A stretch of DNA of 64,000 nucleotides from Batkoa obscura (taxonomy: Eukaryota): NCBI GenBank assembly GCA_030770535.1, contig JASVEC010000016.1:868001-932000 (forward strand), given 5' to 3'. The translations under genes and the position numbers were made by a program. Shown piece after piece: positions 17,154 through 33,978 of the stretch. The notes under the pieces are model-generated. The model was not told where the DNA came from. It saw nothing but the letters and a program-made list of their open reading frames with translations, and searched no databases. Each line of letters starts with the position of its first letter. The first letter of the stretch is position 1.

Positions 17154-19423
17154 ATGGTAAATTATATACAGCTCAATAAGTTCAATAGAAGTAAGTAATC
17201 ATATAATTTAATTTAATTTTTAAATAGTAAACAAAACTATAGTATTTTATCGAAACATTATCCATTTAAAACAATTACCATCAAGTCTTAACACCATTTC
17301 CAATGGCAATATTGAAAAAATAACCATCAATCTTGAGGGTAAAACAAAAGAAATTTCAAAAGGTAGTAAAGGAATAGATTTGATACCAGTAAATTCTAAA
17401 GATAAAATTATCGGTTGTAAACTAAATAATGAATTTCAAAGTTTAAGAAACCCAATATCTCATCCTAACAGTAGTATCGATTTCATTTATAAAAACCAAT
17501 GGAAAATATCAGAAGAAAAACTAGATAAACAAATACAAAATAGTGTATTTACAACAGGTGGAATGGTGAGTATCTGTTCATTATTAAATTATTGTTCTTT
17601 TAAGGATAAAGTGTTGTTGTTGGATTATGGTTTAAATAAAGAGAGTGAATTATTTTTTATAGATGTAGTGTACTTTGGAAAAGAGATTAAAAATAGAAAT
17701 TTGAGTTTGGAAGAGTTGTTGAAAGAGAATAAAGATGATATTCAACTCAATTTTAATGAAGAAGAGCTAAAAGAGTTGGAAAAACACAATCAATATATAT
17801 TAGATAATGGAAAATTAGAAGAGATGGGAAATGTAATGGATAGTGAAGAGATCAAAAAAAGTATTCATAATGATAATATATACACTAATAATAATATAAA
17901 TAATAATGGAAATGTTGTTAGATTATTAGATCATTATTATTTAATAAACGAACCTATCATAAATCAAGTATCATCTATAAAAACAATTAAAATCGATAGC
18001 ATAGAATTAATGCATTTACCTATTTCAGGTTATGAAACTGAACAAAAAAGGATACGAATCTATATCAAATCTTTTTTATCTTCAAAAAATGAACAAGAAT
18101 ATGAAAAACAAAAAGAAATATTAAAAAAGAGAGACCATCGATATATAGGTAAACAACAACAATTATATTTCTCGCATAAATTAAGTCCAGGAAGTACCTT
18201 TTTCCTTCCAAATGGTTTATTTATATTAAAAAAATTAAAAAATTTTATTAGAAATAAGTACAATTTATTTAATTATCAAGAAGTACAAACACCTTTATTA
18301 TTTAAAAAAGAATTATTTGATATAAGTGGTCATTGGCAGAATTATCAAAAGGATATGTTTCAAGTGAGCTCATGTTGTGGAAGTCATGAAGGGGGGGAAG
18401 AGGATGAAATTACTGGTTTGAAACCAATGAATTGCCCAGCTCATTGTTTAATTTTTGATTCAAAACCACGAATGGAATCTGATTTACCAATCAGATTAGC
18501 TGATTTTGGGACACTACATAGGTAATAATATTAGCATATAATAATTTCATTTAATTTATATAATAAAATATAGAAATGAAGCTTCTGGAGCATTAACAGG
18601 TTTAACTCGAGTACGACAATTTCATCAAGATGATGGTCATATCTTTTGTACCAAAGAACAAATCAATAGTGAAATTTCCAGTACTTTAAAAATGTTGAAA
18701 GAAGTATATACAGCATTAGAATTACCCAATTATGACTTAACCTTATCAACCCGTCCTACAGAGAACTTTATTGGTGATATAGAAACTTGGAACTCTGCCG
18801 AAACACAATTAAAACAAGCATTAGATGATACAGGTTTACCGTGGAGTGTCAAAGAAGGAGATGGTGCTTTTTATGGCCCAAAGATAGATATTATGATTAA
18901 GGATAATTATAATCGTTCACATCAAACAGCTACTATTCAATTAGATTTTCAATTACCTAGTCGATTTAATTTAAAGTATAGAACTCAAGAAAATGAATGG
19001 AAAACACCTGTCATTGTACATCGTGCTATCTTTGGGTCTTTAGAAAGAATATTTGCTATATTAATAGAGAATTATGCTGGTCGATGGCCATTTTGGTTAA
19101 ATCCAAAACAAATTATCATGTTACCTTTTAATGATAAAGAAGTGATAGAATATACAGAGGGAAAAATGAAAGTTTTGGGAAAAATGTATAAACAAAAATA
19201 TTTTAGTGAGTTGAAACTGAATATTGATAATAGTAATAAAGCAATTTCATCCAAGATTAAACAAGCACAAATTGAACAGTTTAATTTCATGCTGGTAATC
19301 GGCAAGGAAGAGATGGAAAATGAAACATTGACTGTTAGATATAGAGATGGCAAAATAGTTAAGGGAGTGAATATGGAACAGTTTGTAGATTTGGTATTTG
19401 AATTGAATCAACCTTATTTATAA
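17154..19423 (+). CDS. Threonyl-tRNA synthetase, probably mitochondrial (MST1-like)
   Basis: 'KRDHR', 'SGHW', 'LKPMNCP.HC', 'DFGTLHRNE', 'FHQDD', 'AFYGPKID', 'HRAIFGSLER'; presequence-like short first exon; degenerate N1/N2 domains. Confidence 0.92.
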
Positions 19424-19942
19424 GAATTAAGGGCATTTTGGTTTATTTTTAATACAAATACTTTTGTTTTATATGGAGTACTTTAAGATATTAAAATACA
19501 GTGGGAAAAAACAGAATACTAAAAATAATAAAAATAATATAAAATAATTTTTAAAAAAAACTTAAAATCTCAATTTTATTTAAAAGTTAGTTATTTTAAT
19601 ATCTGTCATATAAAGCTAATATCAAAAATATTTTGGTGATGTTTGTTTCAATATTTTTATTATTTAATTAAATATTTATAATAGTATAAAAGAATAAAAA
19701 TCAAAGTCTAACAAACTAAATTTAATCTAAAGTTTCTTTAATTAGTTTTTATTTTTAATAAAATTTTGGCTTTTTAATATTAATACTAAACATAAGATAC
19801 CTTAAGATTGATTTAAGTTTTTCTATATAATTGAATAACCTAGAATCAAATGAAATATTAAAAAGAATTGTTACATCTCTCCAAGACTAATAGTGCTATG
19901 AGTTATCTTAGTTTATGGAAAATAAGAGTAATAAATTTTACA

Positions 19943-20040
19943 TAAAGATATCTTTATTATTTAAGAATTTTACTACTGATTTTTCCACTCAAATAACGCT
20001 TAAAAAATGGAAAAAGTAATGAAATCAAAAAATACCTTCA
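19943..20040 (+). mobile_element. Degenerate MITE family A copy (further fragment ~20067-20120)
   Basis: Family core sequence; left TIR decayed. Confidence 0.7.
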
Positions 20041-20186
20041 TACAAGTACTTCATTAACTCTATTTATAATTCTTTCACTCAATAATGCTTTAAAAATGAA
20101 CAATTAAATGAAGTGAAAAGTATATTTTTATTTTAATCTTATTTCAACTTGAAATTTCAGTTAAAACAGGTTTACTTTTAGTATAA

Positions 20187-20234
20187 TAAAAGAAAAAGAA
20201 AAAGAAAAAGAAAAAGAAAAAGAAAAAAGAAAAA
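20187..20234. repeat. (AAAAAG)n microsatellite
   Basis: Directly visible tandem hexamer. Confidence 0.9.
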
Positions 20235-20387
20235 GCACGATTTAGATTTAAAAATTTGCTGAATTTTTATTTAATCAATAAATAAATTAAATTAACATAT
20301 AAATATTACATATAACATATACAATTCATCTACAACTCAATATCTAACTTCTTATCTTTATCTCCCCTATTTCTAATATACCTCTGT

Positions 20388-21536
20388 TTAAATGGGCAAA
20401 TTAAGATTCGGTGTAGTATTATAAAATGAATCTCTAATTGAATCTGAGCAATCAACTTTACCAATATAATATTGTGCCCATTCTTCAATACTTGCAGGAA
20501 ATCCATCATTATTAAAATTTTTATGATTTTTTGGTGGTGGATCAAACGCTTCAATTTCTTCCATTTTGTGAAGATCATGTTCAGCAATAGTATGAGTAGA
20601 ACCATCCATATAAGGAAAAATAACTTCAGTATCGGAAGTATTAATTTCAGTTAATGGGTTGAGGTTAATTGGAGTAGTTGAATTAATCATTATTGGGTTA
20701 TTACCACTGTTACCACCACCTTCTTTATTACTTTGATTATAGAAATCTAAACTATTATTAAGATTATTTGAATTACTACCCTTGGCAATTTGATGTAAAA
20801 AACGGACCATCCCTTTATCATAAATAACAAAATATAGATATACAATCCCCATTAAAGACCACATATAAGTCAAAACAATAGCATGAGGGTCATACATAAT
20901 AATGAATAATGTAAATAAATTAATTAAAAACAGAATCACAGTTCGGAATATGTTAGTTTCAATTATGATTTTATATAAATTATAACTTGTTGATTTATTT
21001 TGCAATTTTTTTAATTCCCTTGTATGTTGAAATAATGCTATTGTTATTGCAGTTGTTATAAATAATTCCACTATAGCATCCATAGCTACATGAATAGTTC
21101 CACTATATAATTCTTGTATAAATACACAAGTACCATCTTCTTTAGGTGCACTAGTTGATAATACTAAATCAGAAATAGCTACTAAAGCTCGCATCACTAT
21201 CAATCCTACTGAAAAAGCCAAGAATAATTTATTTCTTCCAGTGATTACTGAAATTCGATAAATTTGAAATGTTTCCCCAGACAACATTTGTAGATGAAAA
21301 GTAACTACTGAAAATTTAGCTGCAAACACACAACCAAAAGAACCTAGTTTTAAATATTGAACGAAATTAGCTATACTTGTTAACCAAAAGAAAGAACTAA
21401 TAAGTAAGCGTGAACGGGTTATTCGATTGTTTATAAAGATACATGAGTATAATGAATTGAAGGTGATATGTGTGGCTATGGCTACAAAACAGCCTGCAAA
21501 TCCAATTGCAAAGATAGAGACTGTATCAGATTCCAT
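20388..21536 (-). CDS. Intronless seven-transmembrane GPCR-like protein, 382 aa
   Basis: About seven hydrophobic helices in aa ~5-240; Cys at the top of TM3 ('FGCVF') and in ECL2 ('DGTCVF'); long Asn/Ser-rich C-tail. Confidence 0.75.
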   Translation of the reverse strand: MESDTVSIFAIGFAGCFVAIATHITFNSLYSCIFINNRITRSRLLISSFFWLTSIANFVQYLKLGSFGCVFAAKFSVVTFHLQMLSGETFQIYRISVITGRNKLFLAFSVGLIVMRALVAISDLVLSTSAPKEDGTCVFIQELYSGTIHVAMDAIVELFITTAITIALFQHTRELKKLQNKSTSYNLYKIIIETNIFRTVILFLINLFTLFIIMYDPHAIVLTYMWSLMGIVYLYFVIYDKGMVRFLHQIAKGSNSNNLNNSLDFYNQSNKEGGGNSGNNPIMINSTTPINLNPLTEINTSDTEVIFPYMDGSTHTIAEHDLHKMEEIEAFDPPPKNHKNFNNDGFPASIEEWAQYYIGKVDCSDSIRDSFYNTTPNLNLPI

Positions 21537-21765
21537 TGGTAAGTATTAAGGAGAATAGTATGGAGATTAAAGAAAAGTAAAGAATGATTTTTTTTGATTT
21601 TGATATAAACTTTAATAAAATAAAATTCAATTTAGTTTAAGTTTAAATCAATTATTAGTTATACTAAATTTAGTTAAATAAAAACTGGTATATTTTATAT
21701 TTTTATGGCGATTATTTAAGGGAGAATAAATTAGTAATAATTATCAAATTGAATTTGATTTATTA

Positions 21766-21860
21766 TTATTGTTATTATTGTTATTATTGTTATTATTGTT
21801 TTCTTTGTTGAGTTAATTTATACTTAAAATAAATAAATAAATAAATAAATAATAAATAAT
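21766..21860. repeat. (TTATTG)n and (AAAT)n microsatellites
   Basis: Directly visible tandem repeats upstream of the 7TM gene. Confidence 0.85.
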
Positions 21861-23494
21861 TTTAAAAAAGATTAAAAAAATAAAAAAAATGAAGTTTAGT
21901 TTTATTTAAATAAGGATTTCAAATTTTAGGTGTTGAATCTAATCTTTTCTACCCCACGTTCAATCCTGGTTGACATGATTTTAATGCTTCTATTTTCAAT
22001 AAAAAATTATTGTTTGCATACAGCTTTTTATGCTGGTCTCTTTTTAACTTTTTTCAATTTATTTAGTTTAAGGAGATCCAAAATGAAGATTTTTATTAAG
22101 TTTATTATTCTATAATATTGTAACAATAGTATATAATTACTGTAACAATGAGTTAGTAAAATAGAATATATATTTCTATAACATTAATACTATATAACAT
22201 TAATACTATATAATTATTAATAATTCAAATCTTATTATTTTAATTCAAAACAACTTTTATTTATTTTAGTTTAAAATTAAAATTTAAAATAAATTGAAAT
22301 TTTTAATTTTCCCCATAATATTTAATTAATTATGAAATTCTAGATTCACTTATATTGAATTAGATTCAAGTTAATAAGTTTTTCATATTTATAATTATCA
22401 TTTTAAAGTATATTATATTTTTAGTTGAGTTCTAAATTATTAAGATAAAACTTGTTTTTTGTTAGGATTAGTTAGTTTTGATTTCTAAATCAAAAATTTA
22501 GAAATAAAATGAGAATATACAAATTTTTTATTTTTTAGTATTTCTATTCAAACATTATAAACTCATTAATGTTTTAAATCTAATCCTTAAATGACAACAC
22601 CTTCAAAAAAACTTTGGCCTTTTTTTGTCTCCTGAAATAATTAAGGGTAAGCTATAAAAAAGGGAAGCTTTTCTAATTATTAACTTGATGACATAAATTT
22701 AGATCTGTTTGAAAAGTCCGTTTTTCTACAATTGTTGCGATTCTCTTGTGACTTTATTAGCAATCATTTTTATAATCAAATTATTTACATTGTTTTTTAG
22801 ATACTAACCATATATTATATACAGAATTTTGATTTTTTTTTAAAATGTGAAAGTAATTAAGTCGCAAATGAGTTGAGTTATAATGATTATATTAAAAAAA
22901 ACAGTAAGATTTAATTAATAAATTTCAAACTAATAAAAAATAAATAGAATTTTTTTTTCATTTACTCCAATCTCATGTTATCATCCTGAAGATTATCCTA
23001 TCTCTCTCCTTGGGTGCATATGATGATGAGTATTGTGTTTGTTTTTATTACTTTCTTTGAATTACAGATTGAAAATTATTTATTTTAATTTTATTTTGTT
23101 TTTAAACAATGTCAATCTCTATTTTTAAAAAGCCTTATGTTTTATATAACAAAAATAAATGTTAAATTTTAGCTAAAATTTTGGACAGCATTAAACATTT
23201 GTTTATCTTTAAACATAGTAATCAATTATATTAAATAAATACTACATTCTAAGCCTTTTTTATTTAATTAGAAAAGTTCTAAAACAAAAGATTGCAGTCA
23301 TGTTTTTTCTTAAATTAATAAATTAATATAAAATATCAAGCAATCTGTATTTTAATAACAATATTTAATTTGATATTTGTTCATCAAATTATGGAGTAAT
23401 TCTATTTTCATTTTAAAACACAAAAGAAGACATAATTACTTTGCATAATATTGCCAAGCCATAGATTAATAAAAAATATAGTTAAACCAATAAT

Positions 23495-23588
23495 TGGGGG
23501 TATATTTTTTTGTTTGAATTGCTAACAATTTTTCTACCTAAATAGTACATAAAATAGGGAAGTTGATGAAACTAAAAAAACACCCCCA
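23495..23588 (+). mobile_element. Diverged MITE family A copy
   Basis: TGGGGGT...ACCCCCA ends with recognisable core. Confidence 0.75.
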
Positions 23589-24141
23589 ATTGAATAAAAT
23601 CAACAATAAATTTTCAATCCTATCATTTTCGCCTTAGGTTAAAAATAATATCGTTTGGAGCACAAATAATAATTTGAGTTTTTCTGATTACTAATAAATA
23701 TAGAAAGCTCTTTTGTCATTTTAATTCTAAATATTATTATGTCTCACTTTTCCATTATATAAAACTTCAAACATATCAACAAATGATAATAATATAGATT
23801 AACTCTAATCCCAAAAAAACTTTGATTTTATTAAAGAAAAAAAGGATTTGAAAAAACAAAAGACAATGCGGATAGTAAGGGTAAATTAGTTAAACTAGAT
23901 AAATAAGATCAATAATAACAATAAAATACTTGATCTTTTTTTCTGTACAAAAAACAATAACAAATAAGGTTATAAATAAATAAATAAATAAAGATTCTTA
24001 ATATCAATAAGATATCTTCTTCATTTTTACATATTAATATCACACTATTAAAAATTAACTAAAATTATAATTAATACAAATCATAAATCATAATTAAATA
24101 AACTTACTTAAAATGAATTCGAAATCGCTTTAAACTTGGCG

Positions 24142-26010
24142 TCAAAAAGAAGTTAATGAAGCATAATGATAAGCTTTGGTTTTTGAATTAAACTTGATTG
24201 ATTCTTTTGGAGCTTCACCAACGGTAGGAGAAGTGAGTGCTTCACTTGGTGGTTTTGAAAAAGAATGAGGTGGAGAAAATGGCTTATTTTGTAAATTAAT
24301 ACGATGATGACTAGAACTTCTTGTTGGTCTTAAAAGACCTGAATCTCCACCACTTTTACTACTTACTGAGTTTAATTTACTTCTTGTTGATAAACTATTT
24401 AAGGATTCATCTAAACTTATTAACCCTCCTACTTTGATATTTAAATTTAATTTTTTCACTAATTTTTCTATTAAAAAAGAATAATTAAATTAATCATTTT
24501 CAATTATTATTATTATTATTTGAAATTTACCTTTTAATAATGTCCTTATATATTCTTGTGAGCAAACATCACATGGTGATTCATCATCATTATTTAATAT
24601 ATTAATTGATATATCTGGTATTGTTATTAAATATTTAACTATACTTTCATGGCCTTCAGCAGCTGCACAATGTAGTGGTGTCCAACCTTCTCTATCTTGT
24701 GGATTAACATTAGCTCCATTTTCAATCAAATATTGACAAATAGAAATATGGTTATAACTTGAAGCTAAATGAAGTAAAGATAATTTAGAATACGATGTAT
24801 GAGTATCAAACACATTTTCTATTCCTTCATTATAAATCATTTGTTGATTAGTTGGATTTTCTAATGTCAATTTAAGTTGAAAATAATCTCCTGATCGTGC
24901 ACAATCAAGTGCCAATGTCTTTGGATCAAATATGACTCGCTTCTTTTTCATTTCAGTATTCTTTAAACATGACTTGATTATTTTTTCCGTTTTATTATTT
25001 ATTTCTTCATCTGAATTTGAATTTGAACTGATTGGTATTGGTGTACCAAGTGAATGTGCTCTTATTAAAATTTGATCCATCGGTGTATCCTTTTTATCTT
25101 TATTCTTCATATTCATACTTTCAATTATGGATGCTATCTTGTTCCCTCTTAAATCAATACTACTTAAACTTTCACTTGATTTTTTATGTAATATAGCTTT
25201 AGATCTTGTTAACGGTGAATTCACTTCGGGTATTTTAGTAAATATTGGTTCGAATCGTCTTATTTCCCTTCTAGAAATGGAACTACCGTCAACGGATAAC
25301 GACCTACGAATCGGGTATCGAACAACTAAGATTCATTTTAATTACATTTTTTACATAATAATGAACAATTTGATTTTACCTTCTTTAATATTTAAAAATA
25401 ATGCTCTTGTTTTATCATCATCTGCACAATCAACCGCTTTATATTTCCTTTCGTTTCTTTTGTTAGTATTTGCCCCTAACTCAATTAACCTTTTTACTAA
25501 ATCAGCCATGCCCATAAAACTAGCTAAATGTAAAATGGTATTTCCAGAACCCCAAACTTTAGACATAAACTCATATAATACTTTTTTTGTTGACATAATT
25601 TCGGATTGTTTGGCTATATAATTAATAATATCAATAGCCATATCCTCTTCACCAAGCATACAAGTAGTTTGTATAGCATTTAAATTACTTACAATTGGAC
25701 CTAAAAGTTCAGCTGCATCCATAAGGATGTCGTTATCATGTTTAAAATAATTATCATGGTTGGGATAAGTAAAAGTCACTAAAACTTGTAATATTAAACT
25801 GGGATTATGATTCGATAATACTTTGCTTAATTTCATTCTGTTTTCACTACAAATGGCATCGAATAAATCTTTTTGAATTGATGTTATTGCTTCCCATCGA
25901 TCTACTTCTGGTTCTTCAAAATCGGATAATGACTCTTCTTCTTCTATATTGTTTGTTGTACCCCCCATTGGCGTTAAATAATATATCTTTGGTTTTGACA
26001 TCCTTAGCAT
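24142..26010 (-). CDS. Ankyrin-repeat protein with putative PP1-docking RVxF motif
   Basis: Three exons (introns ~25326-25378 and ~24468-24530); ankyrins 'GNTILHLAS', 'LSLLHLAS', 'GWTPLHCAA'; 'KSCLK...KKKRVIFD'. Confidence 0.85.
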
Positions 26011-27307
26011 ACCTTGATTAATTGTTATTAATTATTTATTAATTTTGAAATAAATTAGAGATTAAAAAAAATATTAAAAATATCAAAAAGTGGAATTCTT
26101 CATTATAGCATTAAATGAAATCTGTAACATTTGATTTAAATAATAGGTAAGAAGAATGATGTTTATTATTGTGATTTAATACTATTAAGCGTACCTTATA
26201 ATGAAATGAACTCAAACCAAACTTTTTTAAAAAAATTCAAAATTAGAAGTTAAATTTCCTACTTTATTTTTATCAAACTTTTAATTTAGCATAAACTGAG
26301 GTTTGAATTGCGAATAAAAGTCAAGTTTCTAAGCTATAACTAACACTTTTCTTGTTTTTCTATCCTTCTTTTTAGCTCACTTTTTCTCAAGTAAAAAATG
26401 ATATCATTCCTCTAACGATCTTTAAAATGAGAGTTTGACCCTTGCTTTCAATTTTGCTGCTAGGTTTTATGAGCTCTTTTTTAGCTGGAAAGATCAACTA
26501 CAATTTCCGAATTTTATTAATTTTTTGTAGATAATTGAAATAATAAAAATTTATAATTATATATTCTATTTATTAATATGGTTAAATAAGTAATATAAAT
26601 AGCATCGTTTATTATAATTTTAAAAATTTAAAATATGTTGAGAGTTTTTACATTAATGTGAGAACAGTAAATATATGTTGAATATCGGAATAATTTTATC
26701 TAAAATTTTAATATTAATAAAATCAATTTATTATAATTAATCAACTAAAATGGAAACAGGTGTTATTCTAAATTACAATATTCATATTTATAAAATAGTA
26801 ACATATTAAATAGTTTAATTTAATATATACTATAATATATATAATGCTCAAACTTGATTTTATTTAGTTTAGAACAAATATAGATAAAAGAATTTACTTT
26901 GTTATTAATTAAATTGAATCAATCAATTGAGAGGTTATGAACTAGGAAACATATGTAAAAATTATAACTTTATTTTACAAATGACAGTACACTAAAATAA
27001 TAACTTATAATCTAGAACCATTTGAATACATAAGTAGCATTTTTTATATTTTTTTATTGAGTATATAATTTCTCCATAGACAGACATTCATTCAATTTCT
27101 CCCTAGCTGTTTATAAAAGCAATTTCCAAACTGCTAATTCCAAAGCTTGAAGTTTTGACGTAAAAAAAAGCCAATAAGATTCAAAGGCACTTTTAAAAAA
27201 CCAATAAAAAAACAGCATGAAGCTGTGTATTAAGTTGAATTTCAGATTTTGAAGTTCAATTTTTTTCTATCAATTTTTCTTAATTATTAACGTTCAATTC
27301 AATTGAG

Positions 27308-29477
27308 ATGGGTTATTTTTGTGGTGAAGGTTCCTGTTTTTCAAGTTTATTTTGCTGCTGTGGTGACAATGGTACATTTTTTAAAAACAAATCGCTTTTA
27401 TTTGATATTTATAACGCTTTTTTTGAAAGATTCTTCAGTTCCTTCTTCAAAGGACTTACCACCTAACGAGCGTGCTGCGGTCACAGACCTATTACACTTT
27501 TTAGAATGTAATTTAATCACCCAAACTAGATTTAAAACTAATCATTATAGACCGCGAAAACGTTAATTTCTTTGAAGGTGAACCTTTAAGAGCATTATCA
27601 ACTTTAGCTTTTTCGGATAATATTGATTTACAACGTTCGGCTGCTTTAGCCTTTGCTGAAGTTACTGAAAAAGGTTTATTATTTTTTATTTTTTATAAGA
27701 AGTAGTTTCTAAACCAAATTAAAGAGGTTAGAGAAGTAGATAGACCAACATTAGAGCCCATCATGTTCCTATTACAGTCTCATGATGTTGAAGTTCAGCG
27801 TGCTGCTTCTGCAGCCTTAGGAAATTTAGCTGTTAATAGTACTTTATTTATACATATTGTTGTTATGATATTAAAATTATTTAAGCTCAAAATAAATTAC
27901 TGATTGTGGAAATGGGTGGACTTGAAGCACTTATTCGTCAAATGTTATCACCAAATGTTGAAGTACAATGTAATGCTGTTGGCTGTATCACTAATCTTGC
28001 CACTCATGGTATAAATGTTTTTATATTTTAAAAGTATGACTTATTTTAAATAGATTTAAACAAGTCAAAAATTGCAAAGAGTGGGGCACTTATCCCATTA
28101 ATTAGATTGGCACGTTCTAAAGATATGAGAGTACAGCGCAATGCTACTGGTGCTTTACTTAATATGACGCATTCTGGTAATACTACTATGATACTATAAA
28201 TGTGATAGTTGTTAAATAATATTATAGATGAAAATCGACAACAATTAGTAAACGCAGGAGCTATTCCAGTGTTAATTAGTTTACTTCATTCTTCAGACAC
28301 TGATGTTCAATATTATTGTACTACTGCCATCAGCAATATTGCAGTTGATGGTAACTATATATCTATATTTACTGATCATTTAATTTATTATTAGCTACAA
28401 ACCGAAAAAAACTTGCACAAAGTGATTCTCAACTTGTCAATAGTTTAATTTCTTTAATGGAATCAACATCTCTTAAGGTCCAATGCCAAGCCGCATTAGC
28501 TTTACGTAATCTAGCATCAGATGGTAAAAAGATTTTAAATGTTATTTAAATCTTAATTAAATATTTTAGACAAATATCAACTTGAAGTTGTACGCGCTAA
28601 TGGACTTCCATCTTTACTTCGCTTATTACAATCCTCTTTCTTACCTCTTATTCTTTCATCAGTAGCTTGTATTAGAAATATATCCATTCACCCAATGAAC
28701 GAATCTCCCATCATTGATGCTGGTTTCCTTCAACCTTTAATTAGTTTACTAGCATATGAAGAAAATGAAGAAATTCAATGTCATGCCATTAGTACTTTAA
28801 GAAACCTTGCAGCTAGTTCAGAAAGGAATAAGAAAGCTATTGTGGAAGCTGGGGCCGTTGAACGTATCAAAGAACTTATATTATCTCTTTCTCATAGTGT
28901 CCAAAGTGAAATGACTGCTGCTATTGCAGTCCTTGCTCTTAGTGGTAAGTTTTTATAGTCTTTTTTGTAATTTTATTAAGTGATTTAGATGATTTGAAGC
29001 CTCGCTTATTGAATTTAAATGTGTTAAATTTCCTCATTCCATTGACACAGTCACCTAGCATTGAAGTACAAGGAAACAGTGCAGCAGCTATTGGAAATTT
29101 ATCTTCAAAAGGTAATTTAATATTTAAAAAAAGAATATAATATTAATAATTCTATAGTTCAAGATTATACACCATTTTTGAAGGTATGGGATAAACCAGA
29201 GTATGGATTAAATGGATATCTTATTAACTTCCTTCAAAGCCCCGAACCTACATTTCAACATATTGCAATTTGGACAGTTGTTCAGTTTGTTGAGGGCAAA
29301 AACAATGATTTATTAAAATTAATATTTAAATCTGATATTATTATGGAAGCAGTTAGAAGGTTAGCAATCATTCCAGTAGATGCGGATGAAGAACCAAATG
29401 AAGATAGTGAAGTAGTTACATTAGCTAAAAGGATTGTTAGTGCGTATGAAGAAGAGGAAGCAAGTAGTGAACAATAA
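27308..29477 (+). CDS. VAC8: Vacuolar armadillo-repeat protein Vac8
   Basis: N-terminal MG plus Cys cluster ([19 protein letters not shown]); '[11 protein letters not shown]'; '[15 protein letters not shown]'; '[18 protein letters not shown]'; about 10 introns. Confidence 0.95.
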
Positions 29478-30217
29478 GATTCACCCTTTCTATAATCGTT
29501 CTAATAATAATTTATCTACTTATTTAGTTACACTTTTTTTCATCTCGTAAATATTAAAGCAAATTATTAATATTAATTAAATTAGAAGATTATCTTATTT
29601 TAATGCTTATGTTTTATAACATTTTAAATTGTTTTGGTGATAAATTTGATATATTTTTAGTTATGTAATTTTGTGGTTATGTAGATTACATGTTAATTTC
29701 ACTTATAAATTGGAACAGAATAAAAGCTAAATAATAGAATATAAATAAAGTAAGGAACTCATGATATTAAAAATTTAATAAGTTTATGATTCCTTTATAA
29801 GGTAGAATACTTAGCTTAAACTCGCTTCTGTCATTTTGATGTTTATTTTAAAATGCTTTCCATCTTATTGTAATAATATTATATTCATACAAAAAGTTTT
29901 TATTTTATAACATTAAAGTGACTTAAGTATTTTTGATATTCAAAAGTAATTATATTTACTCTTTTTATTATCTTATTATAATTGTTCTTATCAAATCTAA
30001 ACTTCAAGCTTAGCTAAATATTTTTTTAATTTGCTGTGCTTTTGTTGATTCAATTATTCAGCAAATAAACCTCCACCTTACTTTTATTTGGACTCATTTA
30101 ATTCGTTAAATACACAGCTTCAACTTACCAATAAAATTGTAAACGTCATTTCCAAAGGTATATAAAGCAAGTAAATAAGCAGAGTTCTAATAAAACCTAC
30201 TTTTTTATAAATTAAAG

Positions 30218-32855
<2,638 letters not shown>

Positions 32856-33978
32856 AAATAGTGACATATCTATTGGTGTTTTTCTATTAGGATTTAGACT
32901 AAAATTTTCTTAGGATTGTTTATTTTGAATAAAGGTCAACTTTTTAAATTATCTATCAGTTTATGATTTTACGTGTGACATGTTATAAAAACAAATATCA
33001 AAATATAATGAGACGAAATAGTATAGTTTTATATTGTTAATACAATTATTGAAATATTTTTAGCTAGTAAATTTTATTTGATTAAAACAATATATCTAAT
33101 TTTATAAGTTACTATAAACTTATTACTCTAAATGATTTCTGGAGATAACTATAATAATAGCATTTCTTATTACCTTAAAACAGTTTAAATAGCCATACTC
33201 AACTTATGTAACGAATTGTATCGTTATTAAACAACTAATATCCTTTCTTATTATATCTTTACATTACTTTGAACTTATCTAGAAATAGAATAAACAATTT
33301 GCTAATTTTGATTTTTAAATGACCATATAATGATCAAAAAATCAACACTTTTTATTAAAAAGCCTAAATTCTGCCACCATTATGAAATTTGCCATTGTTA
33401 GTAACAGCTCTAATTCAAGAATTAAAATTCAAATTGGCTAATTACAAAGCTAAGCTCCATTTCTTTTTTTAGTAAATAAATCTCAACCAAAATTAAGAGT
33501 CACTTTATGATTTGTCCACCTTCTATTTCTCAAATCTTTAAAAGCTTTGCGATTTGCTAAATAAATCAAATTTTGATTTTTCTTTAGTAATAAGTCCAAA
33601 TAAATCAAATCGACCCTACTGCAATAGTGCCTTTAATTTGCTAAATCTATAATTTTATCCAATCAGTGATCCACTATGTGGCAAAAACATGAGTCTAAGT
33701 TTGTGAATAAGCCAATGATTTTTAACAAAATTGATTAAACTTTTTCAAGTCAATCATTAATAATTTATTATCCAATGAAATCCATCTAATGTTTTAAGGT
33801 ATAAATTAAAATGGTTTGAAGTAGTGATTGTTCAAAATGAAGCAAGCACTAATTCTTTTTAAATTACTTTAAATTGAGAAATACCAATTAATTTGGCTAT
33901 TCAAACTTTACTTACTTAATTTTAAGCAAATAGTCACTCTTCTTAAAATAGCTTCCCTCACAAATTAATTCAAAGATA

